A DNA stretch of 50,764 nt from positions 15,216 to 65,979 of the forward strand of contig MQRK01249923.1 in NCBI GenBank assembly GCA_001938485.1. The letters are read 5' to 3'. This DNA is from Girardia tigrina (Eukaryota). The position numbers and the translations under genes were made by a program. A model generated the notes under the pieces. The model searched no databases and had not been told where the DNA came from. It saw only the letters and a list, made by a program, of their open reading frames with translations. Positions 1-13,712 of the stretch are shown piece by piece; positions within the stretch are counted from its first letter, which is position 1; each line of letters starts with the position of its first letter.

Positions 1-113
1 ATGTATTGAACATAATGGACTTTATTTCGAATCATAATCTTTATTGTGCGTTGTTTTATGAACATTTTAATTTTTAATAAAAAGTGCCCCACAACTTATG
101 ACTCACCCTAATA
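1..113 (+). mobile_element. 3' end of a mariner element
   Basis: C-terminal CIEHNGLYFES*, followed by TIR-like CACAACTTATGACTCACCCTAA-TA. Confidence 0.7.
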
Positions 114-629
114 CATGTATATAATGTTTAGTCTATGTACTGTAATCTCTCGGATGGTAGCTTCGTGCCCCTGACCTTTCGATCAAGCACATTTACCAGT
201 GATCCGAATCTGTGGTTCCTCTCTTACTGAATAGAATTACTATTGTAATGACGGTTTATATAGNNNNNNNNNNNNNNNNNNNNNNNNNNNNNNNNNNNNN
301 NNNNNNNNNNNNNNNNNNNNNNNNNNNNNNNNNNNNNNNNNNNNNNNNNNNNNNNNNNNNNNNNNNNNNNNNNNNNNNNNNNNNNNNNNNNNNNNNNNNN
401 NNNNNNNNNCACTTGGTGACCACAAGCCAGTTATTCAAACAACATAGGAACAATTTAACCGCTTAAATTGAGAACTGACTCTATCTCGCTTATTTCATTC
501 ATTTTTACATCATTTGAAATTTTTTGACATAACGATGCTACAAATGCCACTTTTAATCTAGTGTATTTTGAAAAATAGTGATATTGTATAATTGTTTAAA
601 CAGTAAATGCAATTTACATTGGATATCAA

Positions 630-960
630 AATAAATCCAATAATGTGAAATATAATTTCTACTGCCTTTGCCAATTTCTTACCAACGTGTTTCACCAATT
701 TTTTGTATTGGCATTGCATCATAGCAGGAGTCAGGCTATTCACAAATTCAATGATGCTTTGCATAATCGTCCAGAAATTAGAAAAGGTAACCTCGACGAT
801 AAGTTTCATAATTTCTGAACATGATTATCTTGTAATTAAGGTCATGCAATTAAGTTGGTTATTTATAAATCTGATGCCATCATTTTGGATGAAGAGAGAA
901 TTTTGAAGAGATCCGTGTAGAGGAGCATTATTGTACATCCACCAAGTTTCCTACTTCCAT
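630..960 (-). mobile_element. Highly decayed IS630/Tc1-like DDE transposase fragment
   Basis: Minus-strand MYNNAPLH..S resembles the DNAPxH motif, followed by a degenerate C-terminal region; no termini found. Confidence 0.35.
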
Positions 961-1559
961 TTATCGAGAGTATTGTCCATTAACTTTATATATCTTGCTG
1001 AGTTTCTACATCCACTATCTCATCGTATCTCGAAGTAAAATAAACAGCGAATATTAGTCACCAAGATCAACTAATACTTTTTGGTCATATGTTTATGTAT
1101 AGAACCATTGGATGAGTTTGATCTCCTGGTTCATATTTCATCAACTAAGCTCTCATCCTTGTAAGATTTTTGTTTTAAAACCTCAAAGAAAACAGTACAA
1201 TTTTCTTGCTCTTATTTTTTTGTGCATTGGACAGAATATGTGGTACGCAACCGCCTCTTTTTGATTTGAAACATAAATAGTTGTGTGGAATTCTTTAAAC
1301 AGACTTCTGCAAATATTTTTTAATTAACCAGTACTGATTATGATATAAAATTATCTTCTTCAACTTCAAGGGATTCGATAAGTATGGATAATATTGAAAT
1401 AGTGATAGCAGAATTCAGTAAGAATTATTATACAGAAAAATGTTTATTAAATGAACAAATAAACTGTTACAAATAACTTTTATAACAAATTTGTAAAGTA
1501 TAATACATCTGCGTTGATACAAGCTTGAATTCGCTACTTAACCGATTCAACCTAGCGCG

Positions 1560-2412
1560 GCAAGGAGACCAAATCTATATTAGCTGAGGCATTCAATAAT
1601 TCTCCACGAAGGCCTTTCAAATTTTTGATTTTCTTAAATTTTCAAAACGGAAGAATCGTGTGATAATAGATCAGGACTATTCGGAGGCCACAAATCCTTT
1701 CCAAGGTAACCTTGATTTTAATGTCTTGAAAAGTCAGCGTTCTATTGGCTCCGTGGTCAGCTCTACGATATTGTCGGAAGATCATTCCAAAGTTTTTTGG
1801 CTTCATGAAGAGGCGACCTTGCTAATAATTGGTGTTGATCTTAATGGTTTTGTTGATAAAAATTAGCTCCTTTGTGTCATTCACAGAGTTTTCTCCTACA
1901 CGATTTAATGTTTTGAAAGCAGCGTGTATGTTGCAACTTTTCTTATGCGGTTGTTGTGGCGAAAGAGTTGTCTGTGATTTTGAGAGTTCTAGGAAACTTC
2001 AATTGTAAAAACCAATTCGTCCGACCATAAGACGCCCTTAATGCAGCGAGCTCATTTCTTGCATTTTATAGGATTTTTTTGTTTTGCTTGGTCTGTTAGC
2101 TGTTGCCCGTTTAAAATCAATAGTTTTGAGTCACTATGCACAATTCATTGAAGAGTCGATAGATCAATTCAGAGGATTTTTCAGTCTTTTAAGGCTCACA
2201 TAGTCATTTTTGGTGATACCTTCTTGATTATTCCTCGAGTCCTCCAGGTGTTCACAGTTCTTTTGTGGTCTTTTTATTTCTTCTCCTGTACATCTTTCGT
2301 CTTTCTCCATCGCTCCAGAATTTCATAGACCAATGAAATTGATCACTTGAGAGTTTTGGCAATTGCAGCTGCTGTCATTCCTGATCAGGATCAATTGAAC
2401 TTTCGCCCCACC
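1560..2412 (-). mobile_element. Decayed maT (DD37D)/Tc1-like transposase pseudogene
   Basis: Minus strand: HTH GMTAAAIAKTLK..SLVY, GHKRTVNT-like segment, LWSDELVFTIE..NSQNHR, KDLWPPNSPDL; many frameshifts. Confidence 0.7.
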
Positions 2413-2589
2413 TAAACTTGAAAAGGATAATGTAAAATTACAGTAGAATAAATTTCAATTAAAAAACAAAATGTATTATATGCACAGTAGATGATCTGCG
2501 AAAGAAAAACACACTGTATGAAAAAAGAAAGAAATTATACGTACTTATCGGTTACCCTGTACTTCTTTTTTTCAATCCAATGTTTACCT

Positions 2590-2780
2590 CAGTTGCAATA
2601 AAAGATGGTTTACACTATCTTTTTTATAATTTCAAAGAATGAGCAGCATATACTGGACAGTTGCTCAATCTCCCTATACTTTTTTTTCATAAGGTGTTGA
2701 GCCTCAACAACAGAAGGATCATTCTGTACTATTGTCGAAGTAAAAATAGTTGACATTTTCGGATGATGATGCTACTGGAA
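2590..2780 (-). mobile_element. Possible piggyBac transposase C-terminal relic
   Basis: Minus-strand PSVVE..NT.M...EQL resembles the PxxVxxYNxxMGGVDxxDQ region; short and degenerate. Confidence 0.3.
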
Positions 2781-3817
2781 ATGTGAAGAAAGAATGAAGA
2801 ATCTAAATTAAACGAGTAAAAATAGACAATTAAATTTAAATTTAAAATAGGGTCCAATTTAAAATTAATTCGCATAGGGTCCGAATTAATTCGGTGTTGT
2901 AATTAGGTCGGTGCCCCCTGACATTTTAAAACTAATAAATATGCATTACAAATTAGATGCCGCTAGTTGTAAGTCACAGGCAATTTTTCAGCGCCCCATT
3001 TATTTTTATTTATTTTTTAAATTAATTTATTTGAAAAGATATTATATTTTTAATTATAATTATTAGCCATTTTATGATTTTAGAACTTATTTGATAAATT
3101 TGGATTTTTAGAGTATGATGCGATTTTTAAAGGATTTTAAGTTTTTTATATTAACCTTTAACGAATCTTATCTCAATTTTTACATTGAGAATAACAAGCA
3201 AACCTGTCTTACAGATCAAATCATTAACAAAATCCCTTCCATTGAATTTCCTATGTGGAAATCTCCTGTTAATCAAGTCTCAGGAAATCAGATACTCAAC
3301 CAAGAAATACAGAAATAAGCAATCTTAGCTGAATATGTAAAGCTCTTTGTAATCCAAATTATATTGAAATTTTAATTCAAACTAGTAAATCAAAAAATTA
3401 TTTTTTATATTCATTCTTTATGGTGACAGAACTCTATTTTGCCAACAAAATTTTAATTAAAAAAATAATTTAAAAAAAACAATGAAAAATTAATATAAAT
3501 TACTTATAATTTATAAATAGATATTTTTCAATTAATATTGTTCAGGAACTTCAAATTTTCCGTTTTTCCCATATTGGGACCTTAAAAAGATTTTTTTGAT
3601 CAAATTTTCACATTATCATTTATCTTCATCGAGAATGAGTAAGTGTGCAAAGTTTGAAGAAAATTTAATGAAAGTGGCAAAAAGTCACTCAAGGAAATCA
3701 AGTGAAAAATAGAATTTTCTTTTAGGTATTATTTTCCTCAAATTATTAAAATAAAAATTATAGTATCAAAATTTTGTATCTAGTGTCTTGTCAAATAAAT
3801 TGTTTAAAGAACTTAAA

Positions 3818-5755
3818 TGCTCGAAGAGAAGTCACTGCAGCAACGAAATTTATTTAAATAAATATACCACTCGTAAACCATCTATTTAAACTAACGACAT
3901 TTTCGACACACGCCATCCCGCCTTTAAGGCACCTAGGCATACTCTGGTTGTACATTGTGGAAATCCGCTGCATTCTTTGACCACCGCACCCGCACAATTT
4001 AAGTTCCTAAAACGAGTCGCTCTATGGGGCTGACCCTCTTTTTGCATCTCTGGTGCGCTTCGGTCCCAATGGATTCTTCCTCGTCGATACGAATGTTTTT
4101 TCCTCGGGTTAGTCCCGATTCGACATTTCCCTTTCTGGCTAGAGACCGATTATGTTGGCACTACCCATACGTAGCTGACGTGGTAAGGCATTCCATCAAC
4201 TTCCACCTGATGCTCTGATCGAATTCCAGTTACTGATCCGCGTTTCCACTGAGTTATGCAGTTTTACAAGGACTCCAGTCTCAGGAAAACCTCGTCCCCG
4301 ATTGCTGGCATTCCCGGCGGGGAATGACCTTCGATTCCGATTGAATTTGATTAATGGATCTCGGCAGCGGTAGCCTTCTTTTTTGCACGAAAACTGTGGA
4401 GTAGGAATAACTCAACTTGAATTTGGGGTAGCGTTGTACCATGCTACCATTTCCTGGGTTCATCAACCACTCCGAGCGGTCATTCTATTGATAGTTTGAT
4501 AGTTATGCTCCATGAGGCCATTGCCACACGACTAGTACACTCAACGAAACTGGGTCTCAATTCCGGTTTGAGTAAGTGGGCCCAATACCTCTGATCCAGC
4601 AGCACTTCTTCTGGTTATCCGAACTCGTTCCAGACATTGATCATAACTACATATATTTCTGGTTCATTTTCCGCATGGATTTGGAGCTATTTTGCGAGCC
4701 GTTTGGGGCGCAGTAGATCATCGTCAAGAATATTTTTGAATCAACATGCGTTACATTTATTGCTAAACGACCAACTGTGACGGATCGATATAGGTACATT
4801 GCTCCCAATTGGTTATTACCACTTCTATTTGACTTTCCGAGAACTTTATGGGTCCCCATATCGTCCTTGCCAAAAACAAACTACGTCTCACCCCGAAGTG
4901 ATTGATTTCGTGGAGTTTTCTAAGGGTGTCGACTGGGCGTTGTGGTTCATCTCCTGCAATCGTCTCTGCCACAGACACTTTTATCGCTATCGACCACCTA
5001 TGTACAGGGACTCTTGTTAGTGCTTCTGCTCGATTCTCTTTCGAACGTACAAGGGACACTTCACGCTCATCTGTTCCTCTTTGACAACCTGCGCGAAAAG
5101 ATTTACCCTCCTTCTGATCAGTAGCTCGCTGAGACCTGGTGATTTAATCGGCTCCGAGCCAGATAGTTCAGCTTTGAGCCACTTGTGGACCATTAACGAA
5201 TCGGTGAATTGCTCAAGTTCGTGGATTCCCTATTTTGCCGCTTCCTTAAGCGTCCAATTCGCCGCTTTCAGTTCTGTGAGCTTGATAAGGTTGCTGTCCT
5301 CCTTCGGACAAAGCCAGCAGTGTCCCCGACTTTTTTTCCGTTTATTTCAACCCTCACACCGATTGCGATTGAAGTGGAGTCACACCATATTCCTCCTTTT
5401 CGATCGGCGGCACTTCCCAATCGCCTCGTGTCATATCCTCAGCATAAACCCAGTCGAATAACTTGCTCGCACTTTCGGCCACGTACTTGTCCCTGGTGCA
5501 TCCCAGTCGATACCGCTGACCAGCCGTTTGATGGCAATACATAACAGTCTCAACCATCCACACACCGGGTAATGACCCACTAATCCTCCGGTCCTCGTGA
5601 AAAGGTTGTGCCGAGTGATTTGCGTCGCCAGTTTCGGAATGCCTCCATCCCGCTGCAATCCGTCCCTGTTTTCACCTCTAGCTCAACAACCACCCGCCAT
5701 CAATTGCCATCGGGGGCTTTGAGTCCAGCCCGAATCTTTCTAGCACGACCATGAG
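3818..5755 (-). mobile_element. Gypsy-type LTR retrotransposon, 5'-truncated (RT C-terminus, RNase H, integrase, PPT, 3' LTR)
   Basis: Frameshifted minus-strand pol: LERFGL..KPP, LVGHYPVCGWLR (RT); WCDS..ELKA..FTDS..WL (RNase H); LHEINHFGVRRSLFLAR (HHCC); RLAINVTH..EFG.PEEVLLD..GNG..WYNATP (integrase); WKRGSVTG..VEVDGMPYHV. A purine-rich tract near 3911-3925 is followed by a TG..CA LTR at 3818-3910. Confidence 0.9.
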
Positions 5756-5825
5756 GCAAAAAGTGATGAGTAAATAGATGATATAAATCATCGTTTATCA
5801 ATTAAATTAAATATGTTAATAGTAT

Positions 5826-6122
5826 TTTCTTAAAAATTCTCATGGAATTCCTTGTAGGAATCATCGAAATCGACATTATTCGAAATCGGTGTTGATTTAA
5901 CATTTTAACGACCTGTCTGGTTTTCGGTAGATTTCGTCATCCTCCCGGTGTCTTTCGGCAAAGGCGCTATACTGACAGATCCGTCTCGATGCGGGGTTTC
6001 CAGATTGGCCACGTTCTTACTTGGATTCGCTCCGGATCTTCTGCAATTTCGCATTTTGATTATAGCGTGGCCGACAAACAAACACAATTTTTGAGAAATA
6101 TATTAATCATTTTCTCAAAAAA
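5826..6122 (-). repeat. Helentron-associated (HINE/DINE-1-like) repeat, copy 1; related copy at about 13490-13710
   Basis: Shares TTCGAA(A/T)TCGGTGTTGATTTAACA...CTGACAGATCC.TCTCGATGC...GCATTTTGAT.ATAG.GTG.CCGACA with the 13.5-kb copy; has an (ACAA)n microsatellite and a TTTTTGAGAAA/TTTCTCAAAAA hairpin end. Confidence 0.6.
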
Positions 6123-7884
6123 ATTTCGAATATTATGACATAAAATACATCTAAAATTTGTTTTAACTAATGATCCTCTTTTAATCAAAGGAATTTCTAA
6201 GTAAAACGATATCATTTTTGATAAATAATTAAAATATTTTTAGGTTTTCCACTTCTCTACACTTTTTTAATTGAGGCAATTTGAAGGTAATTCAGAGGAA
6301 AACTCTAAAGAAGATAATATTGTTTTGATGAGGAGAAAAAGAATGTATTACGTTCGGTGTTTAACATAACAATTTAAACCAATTATTTTATTTTTAATTA
6401 TTGATGAAGTTCTGACTTCTTTCTAAGTTATAATTTATGGTTTTGTTAAAAATTTTATGTAAATTCTATTGGAATAACAAATATTAAAAGTTCTGTATTA
6501 AAAAATAAAAGATATTCACAAATTTTTTTATTATTTAGTTATCCGTAACAACTTGAGATCATTAAATATTTACTACTTTTTTGAGAGATAAAATATAATA
6601 TTATCGTTTTCCTCGTGAAATTCTAATTTCGTGTGGGAGTCATTTTGTCGAAGTGTCTCTGGATTAAAAGTTACAATATTAGTTGGACAATGGAATAGGA
6701 TTTGTAAGAATTCCTCGTAGGCGGAAGAGCTTGGATGCTTCGAATACCTCTCTCTAGGATGAGATAGGAACATTTGGGATAACCATTAGTCCAGCATCAT
6801 TACTTTTTATTGTTATTATTCTATTATTGACAATACTAAGAATAATTAAAATAAACATGATACTTCTATAATAATATTATATTTCCATGTTATATATTAT
6901 TTTTATTTATCTTGATCAAATTTAAACCGACATTTTCTTTTGTAATTTTTAATGAATATTTACAATTTGCTCGGTAGTTTATTATATTACAATATTTGTT
7001 AACATACTTGTTTGTCTAAGAATAATATTAAACATTTTAATATATATTAAGTAAACATGATGAATTTAATAGTAATCCTTGGTTAACAAGAATTATATTT
7101 TCTACAATAGTATGCTAAGTAATACAAAATCGTCTGGGTTTTCGGTCAAGCGGCCCGGAAAAGCACGGTGAAGGTTATGTGAGCTGTGGGCGCAGTAGTT
7201 TTGAGTCAGATGTGACAGTCGTATGAGAGCGACATGGATGTTATAAAGGCGTTTATCGGTTCTCTCATGGGTAATATCAACGTTCATCTATATATGAGCC
7301 ACCTGTTAACCGGATGTTGATGTGATTGTAGTGTTTGGGATATGTTGTGGAAAAACCACTGTGCATGTTGGTCGTGATGGAATGGATGGTATAAGTAGCG
7401 CTTTGATGATCAAACAAACGTCAATTAGCGTTATCAATAGAAAATCTTCATTATTTAAAAATTTAGTATATAAGTCGTAGAAATTATCGTAAAAATAATA
7501 TTTATTATTATTGGTATATTTATTGAAATATGTACTATCAAATATGTGCATGAGTTTACTAGAATCACTATCAACCTCCAAAACTTCTTGCAATGGCAAG
7601 TAATGATTCCACATCTTTCTTTGAACTAACTTTCGTTCAACTAACTGAACTTCGGAAAAATGACTGACTTCAAAGTCTCGCCTTATTTGTGAATTTCGTA
7701 GTTTCCGGAATAGGTTTCATATCGTGGTCATTATGATTGTTATCATAAGATATCCTAATAGGGTGCATGACAATTTGAGATATGGGTATATTGCTATAAC
7801 CCACAAAGGCAGTTATTTTAAGAAGAAACATAAAAGGTGAATCATAAATCGAGTATTCAAACAAAAAAAACGATTAATATATGC

Positions 7885-8274
7885 TTAGGGTGGATCGAGA
7901 TGAGTGTTCAACTTTTTACTTCATGAACCTGGGTAAACAATCAACACCGCATTCTGCTCAAATCAGTTATTGTGTTTAATGGAAGAAATTTAGCAAAATT
8001 ATTGCTAACAGAAATTGATTTATAAACCAACACGGCAATGTAAGACTGCATATCACTAAAATTACTCCCGAATTAGGATGGAAAAATCTTGCTAAACTAA
8101 TATATAATCAAGATCTTTCTTCTTCGGATTATTACCTTTTTCGTTCTTTACAAAAATTTCATTCAAGAAAGAAATTTCATTCATTTAAGGTTATCAAAAA
8201 AGGTTTGCAAGATTGTTTTGGAGAAATTATTACAAAGAGGCATTAAATGTTTACTTAACACTGACGGTTGCATC
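7885..8274 (+). mobile_element. Decayed mariner (DD34D) fragment, abutting a hAT insertion
   Basis: HGNVRLHITK..ELGW..YNQDLSSSDYYLFRSLQ is a degenerate HDNARPH/YSPDLAPSDYYLF. Confidence 0.7.
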
Positions 8275-8282
8275 GGCTAGAG

Positions 8283-11200
8283 CAGGTGTCGGCAAATCAA
8301 CTAAGTGCCGACTTAAGATTTGAAATCGTTCTGTGTGCCAATATCATACATATCTTTTCTATAATACATTTTATATAGTAATACAATATGTAAACCACAT
8401 CAAAAGAAATAGACTATTTAAAAGTTTTTATTATAATAAATTAATAAGTAATTATGAGAGCCTTGGTCTTGCATGGTCTTAGCAAATTGCTCAATGTGTC
8501 GTGTTCTCCTTTTTTCAACATTTTTGTAATCTCAGAGCCCCCATCCATTTTTTAGAGTTCAACGGCAACTCTATCACGCAATTTACGCTCCAGTATCTTA
8601 ACATTACACTCATGGGGAACAGACGCGTCTCCTCCACACACATCAACAAGTTGTGTGTGTTTCGGAGCGCCTTCGGGTTCTGTACCAGTATCGAGTATGG
8701 ACTGACTGGCAGCTCAGCTTCTGGAGGGGTTGATGTTAATTCACATTACCGTTATGGATTATATTTGTTAATTACCATTTCAGACTAGGTAGAGCGAAGA
8801 GAGCCCCAAAGAAACAAGCGTCGGTCGGACCACGTGCCCCTATGCATTCTGTGGTCAGCCTGCACCGTCTCTAAAAGGTTCCTCGTCCTAAGCAGATACT
8901 CGATTACGATTCATTATTAAAACTCATTTCACATTTGTATTCGACTAACTTGACTACACGTGATAAAACTTTACTCTGCTTGATTTTATTAAACTTTGTT
9001 ATATTTTATATCCAGCCATACGCAGTTGTATTTTATGAATTCACAGATCATGAGGTATTAATTAGTCTTCGTGTTACTTTAATTTTAATTTTACGGTTTT
9101 TAAGTTATTTATTTGATTTTACTTTTTATTATGGTCTCTAGAACAATCTTCGTTCGCCTTTGCATCTCGTGGATTTTCGTAAAATGTAAACATAAATGCT
9201 AAGTAAGGAACAATCTTTATCTTATCAATAAGCTCAAAACGATAATCTATATACTGATTATATACTGATTTTCAACTCTGGTTTAATTTTCAATAGTTTC
9301 AATGACCGTCAACAGGAAATATCATTAAATCCTGACACTCCGCGACTTTCGCGTACTCTGACAAAACTAGGTAAAAGAGATTGCTGGGAACTTATTCGGA
9401 ATCATTTGAGCGAATTAGTTCAAATAGTGAGTCGACGATCTCATCTCAGTCTTTAGGTGGGGGCCAAACTTAATTAGTAATAACAGTATTCCATTAAAAT
9501 ACTAATCTTGGTCAGGCAATCAAGTTAGTTGCCTCACCTCATTGACGACATTATTTACAAAACAAAAGGAAATTTATTAAAGGAATTCCATAAAAGAAGG
9601 TTATAAACGAAATCTAATACGTAGAACAACAAATGGAATTTTGCTAAACAGAAACAGAAATATGGTACACTGAGCTATTAAAATTCCTTTACTAACAATC
9701 AATTATTGAATTCGTCCATTATCATGCTCAATTGATAAATTGGGTTTCTTAATTTTGACTAGGGTCGTCAATCATAGTTAGACAAAGAAGAAAATTATAC
9801 CATAATGACATAAAACAAATGGAATCAATTTTGCATAACTTTCGACAAAATAAAGTATCATCAATATTTGGAATTATTCGAATTTTACTCACATTTGTTA
9901 AGAATTGTGACACTGATTAACTAACTAAAATTCCTTGAAGGACTAGGGCAAAATAATTACAAAATTGTATTTATATCCATAGAATTAAAGCAAATTTATT
10001 CTATACTCGTGTTAAATTTATTACTAAACTCTTCTTTAATTATGAAAACTCCTATTAGAATAATATAATAGTTAACGAATGTTTTAGAGTAATATAATAG
10101 TAAAATGAATTTAGAATGTTTTAACAAAGTTAAATAATACTCACTAAATAAAACTAGTAAACATATAAGATCAAAGAAATATTGAATGAACACACATTAA
10201 TCAAGGCAATTATAATCTAAAAGAAAATAACCTTTGAAAGAAACAAGGAAAATATTTTATATCAGGTGTTATCAATTACTACTTAACCACAAGTTATATA
10301 ATACTATTTACAATCTATACAAGGGCCTTCCCCTCTCACACAACGGGTCCTCCCCTTTTCGTCACACCTCTTCCTTGGTCCCTAACTCGCCTTCTACTCT
10401 CAATAACCGGTAAATACTCCTTCATCTTTGTACAATTAAGACCACTATAGGAGACTATTGTAGAAAAGTCACTACTTGCGTAAGCTTAGCGCTGAGTTGG
10501 AAATTGTTTATAAATTACGCAGTTTATCGTATAATATATTGAAATAAAACAAACAAGACAAAATTTCAAGATATATTGAACTATAATAAATTTAATGATA
10601 TCAATTATTAATTAAACACTCGTCATTGCAAAATTAAACGATAAAATATTCGACTATTCAAATGGTAGAATAAAAAATAGATAAGTAAAAATAAAAACTC
10701 ATAATCGAATAATCATTATTAAATAAAAATAATAAATAAATAAATAAATAAATAAGCACAAATTACAAAATAAACCCGTACTTGAATATTTATTAGCTGC
10801 AATGAAATGTTTGCAAATAAAATTGTCTTCAAAATGAGATTTATTCGCACAATAAGTGTTTTAAGTAAAGCGTACTGTTTCGTTGTGTGTGTTTATAATT
10901 GTGCTTGCAAGATGGTGTGTTGTGTTTGTGCGCAACTACGGTAGGCATTTATACCTTATCACCGTACACACTCGGCATCCGGTATGTCATCCTACCGCTG
11001 TTATCTACAACATTTGTCTAAGACACTCTGGTTTGTTTATCTCGCTTGTTGTTCGCCTTCCTATTCTGGATATACTCGTTTGTTAATATTAGGCGCATCA
11101 CGGCGTCTAATTCACTGGCAGGAAGAAAGGTAACTACCAGTACATTGTTTTGATGGTTCAGCATTTGTTTATCTACAGACTAGATTTATCTACGGGATGC

Positions 11201-12218
11201 TGGCTTACCTCGTGAGGACCTCTACGACGCTTATCGCCGTTATCAGGTTTGCTGATTCGTCTCGCTCCTGGCTAATTTGACATTTGTTTATTTTAGCATG
11301 ATTGAGATCTCATCTTCATGTACGTTTCAAAATCGGATGATGGTTTGTTTTTAATTAATTTTCTTAATTAATTTAACTTTATCGTTATTTTCATTTCAGC
11401 TTTTTCAGGGGTTTTACAAAGGTTCCAGACGGTCTCGCAGCGCCCTCCTCTCGCCTTCGGCTCTTAAGCACTATTAGGGCCTATTCGCAGATCACTTTCG
11501 GAATTCACCGCCCTGTTGACGCACGGAAAACATCTAAACGCAACCGGGAATAGTCGAGTTTGACTATTCCCGAATTCCACCAAAATTTTGTGCTCACAGG
11601 GTGGTGCAATGAATGGAAGGGGTCAAATGTGGGGTTGAAAGTGTCGATCGTAACAAATGTCAGCAACATATATTTTGTAGCTACATTCAGCTGCTTTATT
11701 CTACGTTCCAACTGCTTGTCTCAAAATACCAGTTTGTTTTTTGAAACCAGAAATAGCTTTTTTGATGGCTCCACTTTTCTCTTCTGAAGTATTAAACTTA
11801 GATTGATGTTTAGTTTGAAAGTGTCTTTGTACATTCGATGTGCGACACAAAACTTTCACAACAGAAAGCACAAACAGTACGATCATTCTGTTCTACAAAT
11901 CCATATTCATTTGTCCAACTTTCTTGAAATGGGCGTTGATCAAGTTTCCTTTTCTTTGGCAACTCTTCCATATTTTCCTATCAAATTTAAAAAAATTTAT
12001 TTTATTTCATTATTTTTAAAATCAATTTTTATATTTAAGTTAATATTTTATTTTAAAATATATATTTTAATATATAAAATTTAATATTTAATTTAAAGAT
12101 AATTTGATTTCTAAAATTTGCTTTTTAATCCTCAATAAAATTGGTTTGAGGCTGCGTGTCATTGGAAATTGCTTGGCGTTAAACATGTGACACACGTTTC
12201 ATAGGTTGCCGACCCCTG
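8283..12218 (-). mobile_element. hAT (Buster/SPIN/Charlie-type) element, internally deleted, with nested insertions
   Basis: TIRs CAGGTGTCGGCAAA and CAGGGGTCGGCAACC; perfect 8-bp TSD GGCTAGAG (8275-8282, 12219-12226) with central TA. Minus-strand BED-like N-terminus (FQESWTNEYGFVEQNDR.VC..C...SNVQRHFQTKH) at about 11700-11970 and C-terminus (IEQFAKTMQDQGSH*) at about 8450-8500. Confidence 0.92.
8500..11669. mobile_element. Mixed LTR-retrotransposon debris nested inside the hAT
   Basis: TGTTGAC...GTCAGCAACA LTR-like block (about 11513-11669) cuts the hAT ORF; minus-strand polypurine tracts near 10330-10360; weak RT-like remnants at about 9480-9910. Confidence 0.4.
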
Positions 12219-13489
12219 GGCTAGAGCATGCATTAACATGTTCATCTCTCAAAACCAGTTAATGGTGACATTTAAAACAAATTTTGCGCCCTTAATTCCT
12301 AAGGAATGATTTCAAACCAAGCTTAGAAGTACCATAAAGAAATACATTGTGGGCTGTGACCGTCAAAGTGTTAATAAATGTAAAAACGTTAAAGAATCTG
12401 ATTATATATAATAACATTTAAATATGACACTTTTGCATTTAAATAAGGGAATCTATATTATGACGGTATAAATACAAACAGATATGCAAAATGTTTCTTC
12501 GGTCAAATTTTCACATAATCATTTATTGTCATCAAAAATGAATAAGTGTTCAGTTTGGAGAAAATTGATTGAGTAAAAAGCCTTCAAAAATAGGTTTCTA
12601 AATTAAATGGTATACATACCTAGAAAGCTAGCTAATATAAAGAATCAAAAAAATAAACGGAATTTGCGTTTGTTCTGGCCTGGGACAACATAAACCCTAT
12701 TTTAATGTATCAATACCCTATTAAAAAGTTAAAAGGTGAATAATACACCACTTGTGTAATTTTCTTCATTTAATTATTAATTTAAGGACATTACTTATTC
12801 AAATATCTAATATGTGTACTACCACCGCGAATTTAATAAGTTTCATTTAGGTATCCCTCTAATGTAAATTCTTAAATAATATTAATATTTTAATTTTAGT
12901 TATAAATTGATAATAAAATAACAACATGAAAAATAAAATAATTTGAATTGATTAATTTTATATATTATTAACCATTATGGTTTATTGATGGAGTTTTTCG
13001 CAAATGAAGTGAGTGATTTAAATTATTATTTAATTAATCATAATTTAAAAAAATGTTTTTTTGGTAAAAAAATCAACGCATTTTAAAAAAATTTCAATAG
13101 GAAAACGTTTTAAAAAATAATTTATTTTATTCATTATGTTTCTTATTGGCATCCTTATAAGTAATGGAAATAAAAATTTAATTTTCTGGTAAAGTAATTT
13201 AGCTAATGGTTTCTTTCGCTAAAGTTCTTTCGCTTTTCGCCCAGATGTTCATGTTGTTGTACATGAAAGTCTCTTTCAGAAAGTGCCACTAAAACTTCGA
13301 TAATGGTTCAGGTCGTTAAAGAATGTTAGAATTCATAGGTAAATTGTAACAGCATATTAAAATAGTTTTATACTTCGCTTTGTTTTGAGAAAATTTTTCT
13401 AGCAAAAGACCTGTCTTGCATGACGGGGAACTAAATGTTCGTCTTAAAGTTTCTATTTTAATTTTTAAATCCCAATCATTATGATTTAG

Positions 13490-13712
13490 AATTTATTGTT
13501 TCGAATTCGGTGTTGATTTAACAGTCGGTGGATTTCGTCGCCTTCCAGGCGTCCTTCGACAAAAGCGCTGCACTGACAGATCCATCTCGATGCAGGCTAT
13601 CCAGATCGATCATGTCCTTACAGAAAGTCGCTCCGTTTCCTCCTCCATTTTGCATTTTGATCATAGTGTGACCGACAGATAACAAACAAACTAACTAACA
13701 TTTTAGACAAAT
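13490..13712 (-). repeat. HINE/DINE-1-like repeat, copy 2 (same family as 5826-6122)
   Basis: Visible nucleotide similarity to 5878-6090, plus an (ACAA/ACTA)n microsatellite. Confidence 0.65.

Noticed and set aside
4799-5544. Plus-strand ORFs of 60-126 aa
   Set aside because: Antisense shadows of the gypsy pol region.
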